Numbered from the stretch's first letter, positions 25,101 to 39,147 are shown. The stretch: 64,000 nt of DNA from Zygnema circumcarinatum SAG 698-1b (GCA_037447605.1 CM074820.1:1488001-1552000), one strand, 5' to 3'. The notes: a model not told the origin generated them from the sequence alone. Program-made: numbers and translations.

Positions 25101-28100
25101 CCTCCTCCTTCTCCTCAAACAGCTCCGATTTGCGGCTTGTCACAAAACCCTGCTGCTCTAAAAGGTCCTGCTGCTCCCACTCCTCTAATTCTTCAAACCC
25201 TCCCACTTTGCTGCCACTACCTCCCACCTCTTTCTTCGCATGTAAACCTGCTATCACTCCCTTCAAACTCATCTTCCTTCCCGAACTTCGCCTCCTCTCT
25301 TTCCCTCCCACTTGTCGCTCCAATCGTTCCCCCGAAAAAATCGAAATTCCCAGCTTATCCTCTGTCTCCTCCTCCTCCTCCCTCTCCCCCTCTCCTTCTC
25401 CTCTCCTTCCCTCTCCTTGCTCGTGCCAGCCTCCTCCCACACTTCCTCCCTCCACCTGTCCTACTGTGCTGCCATCTTCTACGCCGCTTCCCTCTCTCAC
25501 CTCCCCTCCCCCTGCGCTCTCTCCCACAACAACCTCCAGAGCTCTCTTTCCTCTCCGCCTCCTCTCCCTCTCCTCTCTCTCGTCAAGCCTTGAGGCGCTC
25601 TCTCCCTCCCCACCCTCCGCCATGTTGGGATTGTGATGGTCCTGCAGCAGCTCCCCCTCGCCCTTACTTGTATCCTTTAATTACTGCTCTTATTCTTGGT
25701 TTCATCGTTGTAAAGGGAACGATAGATTGTAAAATTACACAATTGTAGATTTCAGTGCCTCAAAAGAAAGGAGATTTTAAAAGACTTGACTATTCCCATC
25801 AAATTTCCTAGTTAGCAAAACCCAAAAGTGATGAACCAAATAACAACGTTTCTTATCTAAATTGTTATAATGATTGAAATTTTGACCCACCTTTATTTCC
25901 GCATTTAGTGGGACCACCTCCCTTTCTCCCTTCAACTCCTTCTCCTCCAAAGGCCACATCCCATTTCCCTGACTCTCTCTCCCTCCCTCCCTCACTTTCT
26001 CTCTATGCTCCCTCTCCACCCTCACCCCTTCCACTCTCGCTGCTATCCCTTCTCCAAGCCCACTTTTTCTCCGCCTACCACTCCCACTCTTTGTCTCTCC
26101 GCCTCTCCTCGTCCTCTCCAAACCCCCCTCCACACTAAACTGCTTTTCCGGAATTTGAATTTTTGGCTCTGAATTCAATCCATTAATCACACTTGCACCC
26201 CCTGAATTTAATAGAATTGGCGAAACAAATGAGCTCTCTCCTGCCCCTCCCACTCCCACTGCCCACTTCCTCCTTCCTGAGGCTTTCGAATCGACAGAGC
26301 TTCCCTCCACAGATCTCTTCTGAGGTCCCTCTCCCTCCTGCTCCCTCTCCCTCTCCCTCTCTCCTTCTCCTACTTTCACTGATCCAAATCTCCACCTTGC
26401 TGCGAATCCCTCCTCTAAGCTGGCTCTCTCTCTCTCTGCCCCTCCTTCTCCCCCTCCTCTCCCATTCACTACCTCCCCCTCCTCCCTCGCGCTCCCACTA
26501 CCGTTCCCTGTGGGAGACGCCATCACACTACCTCTCCCCTCCTCCTTCACCGATCGTTGCTTTTCCATCTTCGTTTCTCCTTTAGAAAGCCCTAAATTTC
26601 CAGAAGGAGTAAACTCTTTGCTCCCAAAAATCCTCTCTCTCGCAGGCCCTGCTGCAAAATGTTTCGGCCAAAGCTTCCCCATTAGGGTTCCGGTCTGTTC
26701 CGCGGGAAGAGGGAGAGAGAGGGAGAGAGAGGCGGAGGGTCCCAAAGTGGAATTACTCTGCAGAAAGTCGTTAAAAAAGGTTAAACGAAATTCAGAAAAA
26801 GGTGCATGAGGGTATTGCATCGTTTTATATCATGGTTTGATTGCTGGGGTTCAGAGCATGATGGCTTTTAGGGTTTGTACGACTTCTGAGGGTTTTCAAG
26901 ATCAGATGAGATTAAGGATTTTGACTCCACATATTTCCAGAGTTTTTGGTTTTGCTCAAAACTACTGTTTACTTTATCCCCTAGGAGAGAGGAGAGGGAG
27001 GGAGAGAGGGAGGGAGGGAGGGAGAGAGAGAGAGAAAATCCACCTGGCCCTCCTTGTCTTCACGGGCCACAGCTCCCAAATGCACACCCAAGCCCCTGCC
27101 ATGTGAAGCAATAGCCATAGAAAAAAAGAGTAAGAAGGGAAACACAAGTGAAAACTAGAACATAAACAACAATGCAAGAATAGAAATAAGAAATAAACTA
27201 GACATTTAAACCAAGGAAAAAAAAAAAAGGGAAAACAAAGGCTATGAACAACCTCATTCATTACGCGCCCTAATCTGAAATTCCTGCCTCTTACTTCTGC
27301 CAACCCTAAAATGAAAAAAAAGCCAAAAAATACTTCGTAGAGCCAACCTATTCTTGAACTCCTTGTTTTATTTTTTTCTCCCTATTTTCTTTTTGTCTTT
27401 CTTACCTCGATCTTGAGAGGAGGAAGGAGGAGGTCCCGTCTGCATGCTGACTGGCAAGAATTTCTGCCACTCATTTAAAAAAAGTAAAAGTTTTAATGTA
27501 AACTCTTTTGGTCTGAGTTTCGCCAATACTACAATAGAACCCAAGCAACTTTTTCCTTTTCTTTTTTTCCATATTTTTCATTTCTGTTATTCTATTAAAT
27601 GATGACATTGAATGGTTGATTAAAATCTCAGACAGTCAGATCGATACCTCTTTCGCAAGAGCATAAAAGAAAGAGGATAAGAAATACAGAAGCTGCGCAT
27701 GAATATATTTTTTTTAGATTAAAAAACCGGAGACACCCCTCCAGAAATCCTCCCTCCATCAAGAGCTTACTTCCTTCAGGAGCCTCCGCGCCTCTCCCAT
27801 TCGTCTCTCCCGCTCCCGCTCCCTGCTCTCCCGCATTTCCCGCTTTCTTCTCCCTCTCCCTCTCTCTCCCAACCCTCTGAAAGAACTTCGCCGCATTCCC
27901 CCCCGCTTTCTCATCCTCACTCTCCATAACATTCCTTACCGCACTCAGCAAATAGGTATGCGGCAGCTTCTGTGCAGCCCCCTCTCTCTCCCTCCCCCTC
28001 TCCCTCTCCCCCTCCTTCACCCTATCTCTCTCCCCACTCTCCCCCTTTCCCCTCCCCTCTCCCTCCCCCACTCCCCCCCCTCCTCCCCCTCCCACATAGC

Positions 28101-28617
28101 TCAACCTCCTCCCTATCCCTTCCGCTATCTTCCCCACTCCCTTACTCCCACTAGCACTCCCTCCCCCCACCATACTTTTCCTCAACCCCCCCTTCCCCAA
28201 CACATTTTGCGGCTGCCCGGGCACTAAACCCCTGCCCTGGCTGGCCGCGGCGCTGAACCCCTCCCTCTTGGAGGGCGCGAAGTCTCGGCCCATACTGTCC
28301 CGCGCGAGGACAACCCTCTCCCCGGAGCCCTCCCCGGCGTGCCAGATGGACGGCCAGGAGGCCTCCCTGGGGAGGTCCTCGGAGGAGCCGGGGGAGGCGA
28401 TGACGGGGTCGCGCCATGGCTTGGGGAGGGCGGGAGAGGGGGAGGGAGAGGGAGAGGGAGAGGGGGCGGGAGAGCGGGTGGGAGAGGCGGCTCGGCTCGG
28501 CTCTGTGGAGGAGGCCCCGCGGGGACGCCATGTGGCAGAGCGGGAGGAGGCGGAGGGGCTGGCTCCGCGCGAGGCGGAGGGGCGGGCCCTGGGAGAGGAG
28601 TTACGGGGGGCGAACAT
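22133..28617 (-). CDS. Large multi-exon protein with Ser/Pro/Gly-rich N-terminus and long Glu/Arg-rich coiled-coil C-terminus, function unknown
   Basis: Long open exons 28617-27771, from about 26696, 25623-24380, 23722-23410 and about 23300-22133, plus two small exons near 27420 and 27070. The 5' splice phases are consistent (PEG|NGTSSFLLSRSR|GLGVHLGAVAREDKEGQ|TGTLMGK). The C-terminal exons show heptad-like periodicity. Confidence 0.65.
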
Positions 28618-30390
28618 CTCTCGCTCTCCCTCTCTCTCTCTCTCTCCTTTCTTTCGCTATCTCTATAATGTCTCCTCTTCTTCTCTCACTTTCCCTCTTG
28701 ATCCTCCCTCCTGATCTCTGCCCTCTCACTTTTTCTCACTCTCTCTCTCCCTCTCTCTTTTTCTCTCTCTCGTTCTCCCTCTCTCTCTCTCCTTCAACTC
28801 CCTAGCTACCACCTCCTCCTCCCCCCTCTCCCATCTCCCACTCGCTTCTCCTCCTGCTGCCACGTGCCTCTCGGCCACGTGGCGAGCCTCCGCCTGCCAC
28901 GTGGCTCTGCGTTCCGTAGCCCTAATTTCAAAAACTCCTTCCCTCCCCCTCCGCCTCTCTCGCCTCTCCGCCCCCTACTGACAGGCGCGGAAGCTCAGCC
29001 AGCTGTCCGCATAGAGCGGCTAGTTCCACAGTTTACTGTTCGACCCAACACGGAACGGTCGTCCCTGACGGCCGTTTCTGTACGGGCACAGAGATTTTCC
29101 TGCCACGTGGCTCTATTTGGGAGGACAAGACTGGCGACGGCCATTCTGCGGGCGCCATGTGGCACCAAAAGGGTCGCACGGACACGGACGGACGGTCGCT
29201 TTCGGGCGGGCGAACCGCGCGGTCGCTTTGGGACCTCCGCCAGCGCCAGCGGACAGCGGACAGGGAAAAACGTTTTTCTATTCGCTGGGCAGACAAAAAG
29301 GTTTAGTTACAGCCAATGAATTGTAACCACGTGACATACTGATCTCTGATTCGTGGAAATTTTATTTACGGTCAGACTTGTCAAAAAGACCGTTGAGCTG
29401 TACGACCAGCGGAACGATCATACGGACATATATTTTTGTCGGTTCTTTTCTATGTGGGAACTACAGTTCCGTATTTCTTTGCACAGGAATTGGATGAAAC
29501 CCGTTCGGTGCTGGAAGTGGATAAGTTTCGTACACTACCAATGATTGATCCAGCCGGTGGAAGCTCGTACGGTCAATTCCGACAAAATGGGTGTGACGTG
29601 ATGTACTGTACCAATTTAATGTACGGTACAGTTGTCGTGTAATGTACGAATATGTTGAAAATGTCGTACAGTATGCACGGGGAGTTGTGTACGAATATAT
29701 CAGAGTAGTGATGTTGGGTTGACACTGCGGCTGACTTGCTGTAGACAACGGGACGGGACAGCTGGCAGGCCGGCGGGGGAGAGGGGAGGGGAGAGGGGGG
29801 AGAGGGGGGAGTGGGAGAGAGGGAGAGAGAGTGGGAGAGGAGGGAGAGGGAGGAGGAGGAGGGGGGGAGGGAGAAGGAGAAGGAGAGGGAGAGAGAGAAG
29901 GAGAGGGAGGGGGGTAGGGAGAGGGAGAAGGAGAGGGAGGGGNNNNNNNNNNGAGAAGGAGAGGGAGGGGGGTAGGGAGAGGGAGAAGGAGAGGGAGGGG
30001 AGGAGGGAAAGGGAGAAGGAGAGGAAGGGGGGGAGGGAGAGGGAAAAGGAGAGGGAGAAGGAGAGGGAGGAGGGGAGGGAGAGGGAGCGGGAGGGGAGGA
30101 GGTAGAGGGAGAAGGAGAGGGAGGGAGGGAGGGAGAGGGAGAGGGAAGGAGAGACGGAAGTTGGAGAGGGCAAGGTATCGCTTTCTGAGGCGCAAGCTGA
30201 GAATGGTTCAATAAAATGCTTCCTTCGCGTATAGGCAGACCGAACCCTCCGTTTTATTTCAACCTTGAATCAATGGTTAACTCGGTTTCATCAGACGTAC
30301 TTATGCAGGAAATGTAGCACGCCTTCCCATGGTTAACCAACTAATGGATTAAAATTCATGGCTGAAATTTCTCGCTAAGATTGTGAGAGA

Positions 30391-31736
30391 ATGGTGCGAT
30401 TTAAGAACAGATATTTGGCTTTGAAAATGACATGGCAAGGCGGAGCGAAGGACTCTGTGGGAGAGTCCGCAGTGAATGCAGCGATCAGAGAAAGTGTTCT
30501 TCTTAATTTTGGAGATGTGGGGTTGGGTCGAGCTCTCCAGTCTTTGCAAGGTGAGTCAGTCAGTGAGTCATTCAGTTTGATTCAGTTCAATCAGTTTCCT
30601 TGAGTCTGAATTGAATTGAATTGAGTTCAATTCAGCTGAACTCAGTTTAATCGGTTGAAATCAGTTTAAACTCAATTTGATCCGGTTTTATTCTTGTTGA
30701 ATAGAGAGTGTCCAGGTCAAAGAAAAATATGTTCTTTTTCTTTTGGGGTTTCTTGTAATTTGTTTCGAAATGAGGTTTTTATCACTGTGATTCTTTTAAA
30801 CCTCCTAATTTTCCAGAAGACTGCAGAAGGGCTTAAAACTCCTTCAGAGTCTTCAACATGTAATTGGCTGTTACAGTCCATTCAGAAAGCCATGAGCTGT
30901 TGGAGCCTAAGACTGGCATCAAAATCTTCTTCTGAATTCTTCTTTTTGTTTTTTTTTTTCTTTGGCTGCTGCCTTTTTTCTTTGTCTTTCTGCAGTGAAG
31001 TACGTGAATCCGCTGACAGGAATTTGCATCGTGCGGTGCTCTCGTGAAGACCAGCTTCGAGTCTGCACCGCCATCACTTTAATCACAGAACTGCGGAGAC
31101 GGAAGGTCACTTTTCAGCTCATGCACCTTTCAGGTGAAGCATCAAGACCTGCATGTTCCGAGCCCTAACCTTAACCCAAACCCAAACCTTGACCCGAACC
31201 CTAACCCTAACTTTAACTCTTTTTCTTAACTCTAAGCTAAACCTAACCCTACCCTAACTCTAAATCTAACCCTAACCTAATCTTAACCCAACGTTAACAC
31301 CAACTCTAACGCTAACTCTAACTCTTAGATAATTCTAACCCTAACCGTATCGCCAACTCAAGCCTAGTCCTACGCTGACACTAACCCTAACTCGAAGCTA
31401 GCCCGAATCCAAAGCCCTAACCTTCAACAACACGACTTCTAAATGCTAACCTTACTCTACACTCAACTCTGATCTGCCTCTCAGTTGAGATGTAATTGCT
31501 GTCGCATTCGTAACAGATCGCTTATAATGATCTCTCCCAGTAGACATACGCTGATGAATTTTTTGAATTTGAAGTTTTGGGCTTGTTCAGGGACAATTAG
31601 GGTTTGCCAGGAAGCAGCGCTGAGGGCGGAGCAGCAGGTCCTGGAGGGGATGTGTCTGGAAGGGCTCCTCTCGCCGGCGGAAAAAGAGGACAAGTTGAGC
31701 GCCTCCAAGGCGAAGATCAAAGATGTGCAGCACTGA
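30391..31736 (+). CDS. POP5: RNase P/MRP protein subunit POP5 (Rpp14/Pop5 family), exons 30391-30550, 30996-31133, 31591-31736
   Basis: MVRFKNRYL start, AIRESVLLNFGDVG, VKYVNPLTGICIVRCSRE and HLSGTIRVCQ, with in-phase GT-AG junctions. Confidence 0.9.
31160..31460. repeat. Degenerate telomere-like (A/C)CCCTAA / CTCTAA hexamer array inside POP5 intron 2
   Basis: Run of ccctaa, ccttaa, ctctaa and acctaa variants. Confidence 0.7.
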
Positions 31737-31749
31737 GGGCGATGCCTGC

Positions 31750-31890
31750 ATAGGCAGTCTCATTTTCAGTTTCAGTTTCAGTTGCAGTTCCAGTTTCAGT
31801 TTCGGATTCAGATCCAGTTCCAGTTCCAGTTCCAGTTTTAGATCGAGATCCAGTTCCAGTTTTAGTGTTAGATGCAGTTCCGATTTCAGT
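31750..31890. repeat. TT(T/C)CAG hexamer array downstream of POP5
   Basis: Repeated tttcag / ttccag / ttgcag units. Confidence 0.7.
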
Positions 31891-32823
31891 TTCAGTTCCG
31901 TGATCGTAGGCAGCTGCTCACACCAGAAACCCTCAACTCGTCTCAGACCCTCACATTTTGCTTCACATTTTTTTAATTCTTTAATTCAAACAAGTTTTTT
32001 TTTCTGCTTTCCGTTCCAATAGTCTTTTCCATTATTAATATTATTACGTCTATTAATTATAATTCAAAAAAAAAAAAAAAATTATACAATTTTTACGAGA
32101 GAAACCTTCACCAAAAGCAACCCATCCAACGCACTGTACCCATGCATGGCGTCATGACAGCAACTTACTGACGTCATTTCAAGGCCGAACCGACCAGAGC
32201 CTCAAACCTTTTCTAAACTGTGAAACTGTGACGGGGACTGGTACAGCGCATAGAACTGGCGTTCCCATGCGCCAGAAGGTCACCATCCGACGTGGCGGCT
32301 GGGCCACTGCTACCGACAATTTCTCCGTACACAGTGGTACGGTACAAACTCCAGGTGAGCAGACCGGACGGTTCGGCTTTTGTACCGAAATGGACTTCTC
32401 TTATTACAGTACGGCTGTGGAAACCCATCGGGGTCCACCCCCAGAATCGAACCAATGATATCGACACGTGGACAAATAGTTCAGCGTGGCGGTTTCTAAT
32501 TGGTTCACGTCTCTGGCTTGTCCTCGCAGTGGATCTGCGCACCACGTATTCACACTTGTGAGACGCGCGCGCGCGCGCCGGTCCGCCAATCAGCGCTCGC
32601 GTGCGGCGGAGCTCACTCCGCGGCGAGGCCCTCCCTCTCGCGCTCTCCCTCCTCCCTCTCTCTCTCCCTCCCTCCCTCCTTCCCTGCCCCTCTGTCTCTC
32701 TCCCTCTGCTACTTCTCCTCCCTTTCCCACTCTTCTCTGGTTCTACTACGCCAGCCGCATCTCTATTCTCGACCACACATCCCTTGCTGTCTTCCTCCTC
32801 TCCCTCCCCTCCATCTCTCCCTC

Positions 32824-32881
<58 letters not shown>

Positions 32882-33060
32882 CAATTCCGCCCCTTTCCAC
32901 CCTCCCCATCAATCCCCTCTCCCTCATAAGCTAAAAAAAAGCAGCATGTAGCTGAATCAAAATGCCCACAAACTGCCTTTAACCATCTCCCACCCTATCC
33001 CGTGACGCCATGTGTCACTCGGGTATTGCCCGCACCTCGCCGGAGAAGAGCTTTAAGACG

Positions 33061-36000
33061 ATGGAGAGCACAAAGGACGAGGGGAAGGCGACCAATGAGA
33101 AGGCGACAGCTGTCGAGAAGCTCCCTGCGGCAGTTCTGTTCGCGCTAACGCTCACCTTCGCGAGCGTTTCCATCGACGAGACCGTTCTGTTTCCGTTCGT
33201 TCCGAGCCAAGTGGCGAGCTTTGATGTGACGAATGTGGAGTCGGAGCTCGGGTGAGACTTGGGGTACATGTGCGCTGGTTTAACTGTTGAGATTAAAGTT
33301 AAAGTTAAAAAGTTTAAGGATGTGCGCTGGTTTAAATGCTGAGATTAAAGTTAGAGTTCAAAAAATTAAGGCTAAGGTTAAAATTTTTAATGAGATTATA
33401 TTATATTTCAACGGTTAAATCTGAGAGATTAAAGGTCCCTTAATCATGAAGTTTTTTTTTTTTTTTAAATCTTAGAAGGTCTAACTTGAATTGGAATCCT
33501 ACAAATGGACTCTTCTTTCCTTCCAATTAAATTCAAAGGAGCGGAAGAGAATATATGAGATGAGGAGAAGGGGAGGAGAGAGAATCGAGGGAAAGGAGAG
33601 AAGCAGAGGAGAGATGAGGATTGATGAAGAACGCGGCAGCGAGATGTAATAAGAGGGGAGGAAGGGGAGGCACAGTGGGGAGGGAGTGAGGGAGGAAAAG
33701 AAAGAGGAAGATGACGAGGGAATGTGAGGGGGAAGAGGAGGTCGGGGGGAGGAGGAATGAGGAGGAGGGCAGGTGCGGGAGCGAGAGAGGGTGGAGGTGA
33801 GAGGAGGAGGAGAAAGAGTGGGTAAAGGAGCTGGAGGTAGAGTGGCGGGAGGTGTGGGAGGGAGGGAGGAGAGAACGGAAAGAAGAGAGAGGTGGTATTA
33901 CTGCCAATATTGAATTTCGAATTCGTTCCTGCAATGAGGCTGGCAGGTACTACGCGGGACTGGTCGGAAGTGCGTACTATGTGGGCACCCTGCTCTCCTC
34001 CTCTCCCTGGGGGTAGGTCCGGCTGAATCCCGAAGCTACTCATATAGAAAGTCTTCACGCTCGGCTTTCCTTCTTCAAGATTAATATCTAAAAAGATAAA
34101 AAAAATAAATGTTCAAGTAAAGCGCAAAAAAAAAGTGGAAGTTACAGCTAGAATGTGTGTTTGTGCGTACAACAAATTAAACAGGTGAATGGAGAAATCC
34201 ATGGAGCTAGGAGTAGTTCTCCCTCATTCTCCCCCATCACAACTTTCCCTCCCACTTTCCTCCCTCTCGCCTCTCTCGCCTCCCTTCCCTCTCTTCTCCC
34301 CGCCGTCTTCTTCCGGATCATGACTCCTCATCTCTTGGTTTTCTTTTCCCTCCCAACTCTTTTTCTACCACTCACACATCTCTCCCTGCTCACCCCATCG
34401 TCCCAAATTCCCTCCTTGCTTCCCCCTCGCCCTCCACCCACACTCCTCCCTCCCTCTCTCCCCGTCCCCTCGTCCCCCTTCCCCTTCGCCTCTCTCCCTC
34501 CTTCCATCTCTTCCTCCCTCCCTCCCTCCCTCACCCACTCCACTCTCTCCCTCCCTCCCTCCCTCCCTCTGCGCAGGCTGCTGTCGGACCGCATAGGGCG
34601 CAAGCCCGTGCTGGTGATCGGCATTCTGAGCAATGTATTGTGGTCCACCACGTACGGCTTCAGCACCACGCTCTGGCAGGCCGTGCTCTTCCGCTTCTGC
34701 AACGGCTTTTTTGGGGGTCTTTACCCCGTCGGTAAAACGTAAAGTTCCCTCTCCCTCTCCCTCTCCCTCTCCCTCTCCCTCTCCCTCTCCCTCTCCCTCT
34801 CCCTCTTCCCTCTTCCCTCTCCCCTCTCCCCTCTCCCCTCTCCCCTCTCCCTCTCCCTCTCCCCTCTCCCCTCCCTCTCCCTCTCCCCTCTCCCTCTCCC
34901 TCTCCCCTCTCCCCTCTCCCCTCTCCCCTCTCCCCTCTCCCCTCTCCCCTCTCCCCCTCTCCCTCTCCCTCTCCCTCTCCCCTCTCCCCTCTCCCCTCTC
35001 CCTCTCCCTCTCCCTCTCCCTCTCTCCCCTCTCCCTCTCCCTCTCCCCTCCTCCCTCTCCCTCTCCCCTCTCCCCTCCCCTCTCCCTCTCCCTCTCCCTC
35101 TCCCCTCCCCTCTCCCTCTCCCTCTCCCTCTCCCTCTCCCTCTCCCCTCTCCCTCTCCCTCTCGCCTCTCGCCTCTCGCCTCTCCCTCCTTTCCCGACGA
35201 AACTCAGCGTTTTGTGTATTCATGTGGGCTGGCGGCAGCGTGGTGGCGGAGATGAGCCAATCGGCGAGCGTGGAGGGCGTGTGAGTGCCGGCCCTTACAT
35301 ACATACATAGCTCTCCCTCTCTCTGCACCTCTCTGCCGCTGCGCTCTCATCCGCTCTCTCCGTTATAAAGATTTGGCTCTTGGTTTTGTATTAGAAGTTA
35401 GAATGCCTCAAATTAGCCCTTCAATCGTCATTAAAGGGACGCCGCCGATGCGTTGATCCATGAGCTGTTCAACATACTCATGATGATGGCAAAGCATGGA
35501 CGTGGATGCAGGTACTATGTTGTTGGGCTCGGCTGGGCACTCGGCTTCTTGTTCGGTGAGTGAGAGAGGGAGAGAGAGAGAAAACGAGAGAAAAAGAGGG
35601 ATACCTCCCTACCTCCCTCCCTTCCTCCCTCCCTTGCCCTCCCCTCCCCACCACCCAGTCCTAAACACCGTCAGAATATACGAATTCCCAAACGCTATCT
35701 TGATTGGTGAGATACAAAGGGAGAGAGAGAGAAAGAGAGAGATCTCCCTCCCTCCCTCCCCAAAGACCTAATCACCTGAACATGAAGAAACGTCCAAAAG
35801 CTGTAGGAAACCTTTTTATAGCAAAATTTCACTGTCTGCGTTTCCACCTCATTACATTACAAAAATTCTTCATTACGATAACTAATATCATAAATATAAG
35901 TTTATTGCTTATACATTACATCCAAGTTTTTTAATTCGAGTTTCAGGAATTCAAATTCAACTTTTTTTAACAAATTTTCATTTTTGTTTTTTCCCCGCAG

Positions 36001-38327
36001 GCCCGGCTATTGGAGGGTTCCTCTCTCAGCCATCCTTAAAGTACCCCTCTCTTTTTCCTTCCGGAAGCTTCTTCGACATTTATCCGTACGCACTTCCATG
36101 CATCACCGTTGCAGTAATCTCCATCATAAATTTAGGGTTCGTCTACAAATATGTGCCGGAGACTCTTGGAAGGGCGAGGATCAATTCCAAGTTTCTGGAG
36201 GAAAAAAGGGGTCAGGGCGTAGTGGAGATAAGTGGATACTCTACAATTGAGGTTATGGGGAATGCGGAGGGGAAGGTGGGAGGGGGAGGGGAAGGGGAGA
36301 GGAAGGAGGCGTCGGCGGGACAGCTGGAGGTAGAGGAGGGAGGGAGAGGGAGGAAGGAGATGCAGGTGGAGGATGATCCGGGATGGTTCAAGGCGTTCTT
36401 CTGCGAGAGGGAGACAGGTGAGGAGAGAGAGAGATTGAGAGAGAGCAAGAGGGAGAGAAGGGATGGAGGAGAGAGGGGGAAAGGGAGGATGAGGGTTGGG
36501 CGATGGAGGGGGGGAGAGAGAGAGTGAAGTGGAGTGGGATGGGAGAGAGACAGCATACTGCTGACCTCGTGTATGTTCTTTGTATGTTTGCAGTCATCCT
36601 GTCCGTCATGTATGCTATCATGGGATTCACTGTCACTTCCTTCACAGAGGTACAACCTCTACCCTCCCATTTTTTAATTTCTCACTCACCCTCTCCCTTG
36701 TTACTTCCTTCCTCTTTCCCTCTCCCTCTCCCTCTCCATCTTCTTCTCCCTCTCCCCACCTTCCCTCTCCCTCTCCCTCTCCCTCGTCATTCCCTTTTGC
36801 TTCCCCTCTCCTTCTCTCCCTCTCCCACTCCTTCCTCACTTCCCCCCCCCCCCCCGGTTCCATTCAGGCTTACCCAAAAACCATGGACTCTGCATGCTCT
36901 GATGCGAAACCCAAAGACTAAATCCCAACACACCTTCACTTAAAAGCATAGACACACAATGGTTTTTGGCGTTTTGGGTTTTTGGGGTATACGAAATACA
37001 AAATAAACGAAGAATACGGTCTAGTAGGTCGAGTTTCATGCATAAAAATCCGCCGGATATTGTGCGTAAAAGGTGCTTCTATGTCTAAAAGCGGAACCCT
37101 AATCTGAGCTTCTCGGCCCTTGCAGGTGTTCGCTCTTTGGGCGCTCACTGATTGGGACCTCGGAGGGCTCGCCTTCTCCACCACCACGGTCGGACTCGTC
37201 CAAGCTTCTGCCGGCCCCCTCCTGGTGAGACTCTCTACTCTCTCACGAGAAATCCGACAAAGGGGAGCTCTAAAAAATAAGAGCCCAAAAAGTCAGGAGG
37301 CGTAAAAGTAAAAGTCTTGGAAATTTGGAACTTAGGAGCTTGAAACAATTGCAACTCGACGTACTCCAATTTCACACGACAAGGATCATGGATTGAATTG
37401 AAGTTCTGAAACTTGAATTGACCACATCCAGCTACAAGATTTAGTGAGCATAATCCTACAACCGTAGTCCTGATACCCTAGTCCACTACCACTAGCACTA
37501 CCCCATCCCCACCCCCACCCCCACCCCCACCCCCACTCCCCACTCCTGAACCCTAATTTCCCTCCATGGATAGCGCAGATTCCCTTCCAGCTGTACCTGT
37601 ACGCGCCGATGGCGAACCGGCTGGGCCCCCTCTGGACGCTGCGATTCGCGCTGGTGGCGATGTCCGCGCTCGCGCTCTATCCGCTCTGCCGCGCGGCCTC
37701 CGGCTACACCCTCAGAGCCGTCTGCGCGGGGGTCTTCATGGCCAGCAGAGGGTACGCTCTCTTCCGCCTTGCATGCATTGCTCTCGCTCTCCCCCTCCCT
37801 CTTCCTCTCTCCTTCGCTCTCCCTCTACCCTACTCTCCTTCTCCCCCGGTCCCACTTTCTTCCTCTTACTTTCTCTATCTCCCACTTCACAAACCTTTTT
37901 TTATGGCCCCATTCCCTTCTCCCACCCTCTCGCCACCCCTTTCCCCCACCTTCCCTCCCCGCCTCATCCCCCCCTCCCTCCCTCCCTCCCTCCCCTCTCT
38001 CCCTCTATCTCACTCTCTCACCTCTCCCTCCCGCAGATTCAGCGTTACCGTTGCCTACACCACCTATCTCATCCTGATCGCCAACAGTGTGCGTTTTCCG
38101 AAGTATCTCGGAGCCGTGAACGGAATATCCCAAGCAGTGCAGATGCTCCTTATGGCTGCCGCCCCCGCTGCAGGGTCCAGCATATATGCGTGGAGCATTA
38201 CAGGGGAAAACATGTTTCCCGTCGATTTTCATCTCTATTTTGTCATGTTGGGCTCCTTATGTATGCTCATGTTGGGGATGTCTTACCTTCTTCCATCGTC
38301 CATAAACCGGCGCAAGTTTATTGTGGA
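33061..38327 (+). CDS. MFS transporter, ZIFL (zinc-induced facilitator-like) / DHA1-type; 3' end runs into the N gap
   Basis: [19 protein letters not shown] motif A WG|[42 protein letters not shown]...GGL and LGAVNGISQ, spread over about 9 or more exons. Confidence 0.85.
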
Positions 38328-38427
38328 NNNNNNNNNNNNNNNNNNNNNNNNNNNNNNNNNNNNNNNNNNNNNNNNNNNNNNNNNNNNNNNNNNNNNNNNN
38401 NNNNNNNNNNNNNNNNNNNNNNNNNNN

Positions 38428-39147
38428 ACCAAAACGGGCAGCAAAGCTTTCAAATGGGGTGCAAAAGACAAATGCGTGGGGTGCAGCAGAGTTAGGGCGG
38501 GGTTCAGCCCGTTATTCCGACGTGGCGTCGCAATGATGACGACCCATGGGTTCCATGAGGCCGTTTCCGCCGACGTGGCGCCGACGTGGTGCTATGGGAA
38601 AAGTCAGGCACCGTTCCACAGGATGCTGCTCTGGAGGTGGTGTAACGCCATTACGACCATTCGTGTGCTGCTGACGTGGCTACCAAAGACCCGCCAGCGT
38701 GCGACTGCCACGCCGGCCAACGGCGTTCTGATGGGAGTCGTTCCATCTGAAAACGACATCCTACGTGGACCGTAACAAGCTCGTTACGCAGCGAAAGCGC
38801 ACCGGAAAACCCACCCTTAGGGCGGGTTTCCATCAGTGCGTTATCCGACGTGGCGTCGAATGAGGACGACCCGTGGGTTCCATGAGGCCGTTTCCGCCAA
38901 CGTGGCGCCGACGTGGCTGCCACGTGGTAACGAGGCACCGTTCCACAGGATGCTGCTCCGGAGGTGGTGTAACGCCATTACGACCATTCGCGTGCCGCCA
39001 CGTCGCTACCAAAGATCCGCAAGCGTGCGACTGCCACGCTGGCCAACGGCGTTCTGATGGAACTCGTCGTTCCATCTGAAAACGGCATCCAACGTGGACC
39101 GTAACGAGCTCGTTACAAAACGGGCTGATGGAAACCCACCCTTACCC
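38428..39147. mobile_element. Diverged MULE right terminus interrupted by two tandem 322-bp Tourist/PIF-Harbinger-like MITEs (38495-38816, 38820-39141) with TTA target duplications
   Basis: 38428-38494 resembles the MULE TIR. The structure is GAG-TTA-[MITE1]-TTA-[MITE2]-TTA-CCC. The MITE termini are GGGCGGGTTTCCATCAG / CTGATGGAAACCCACCC. Confidence 0.8.
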
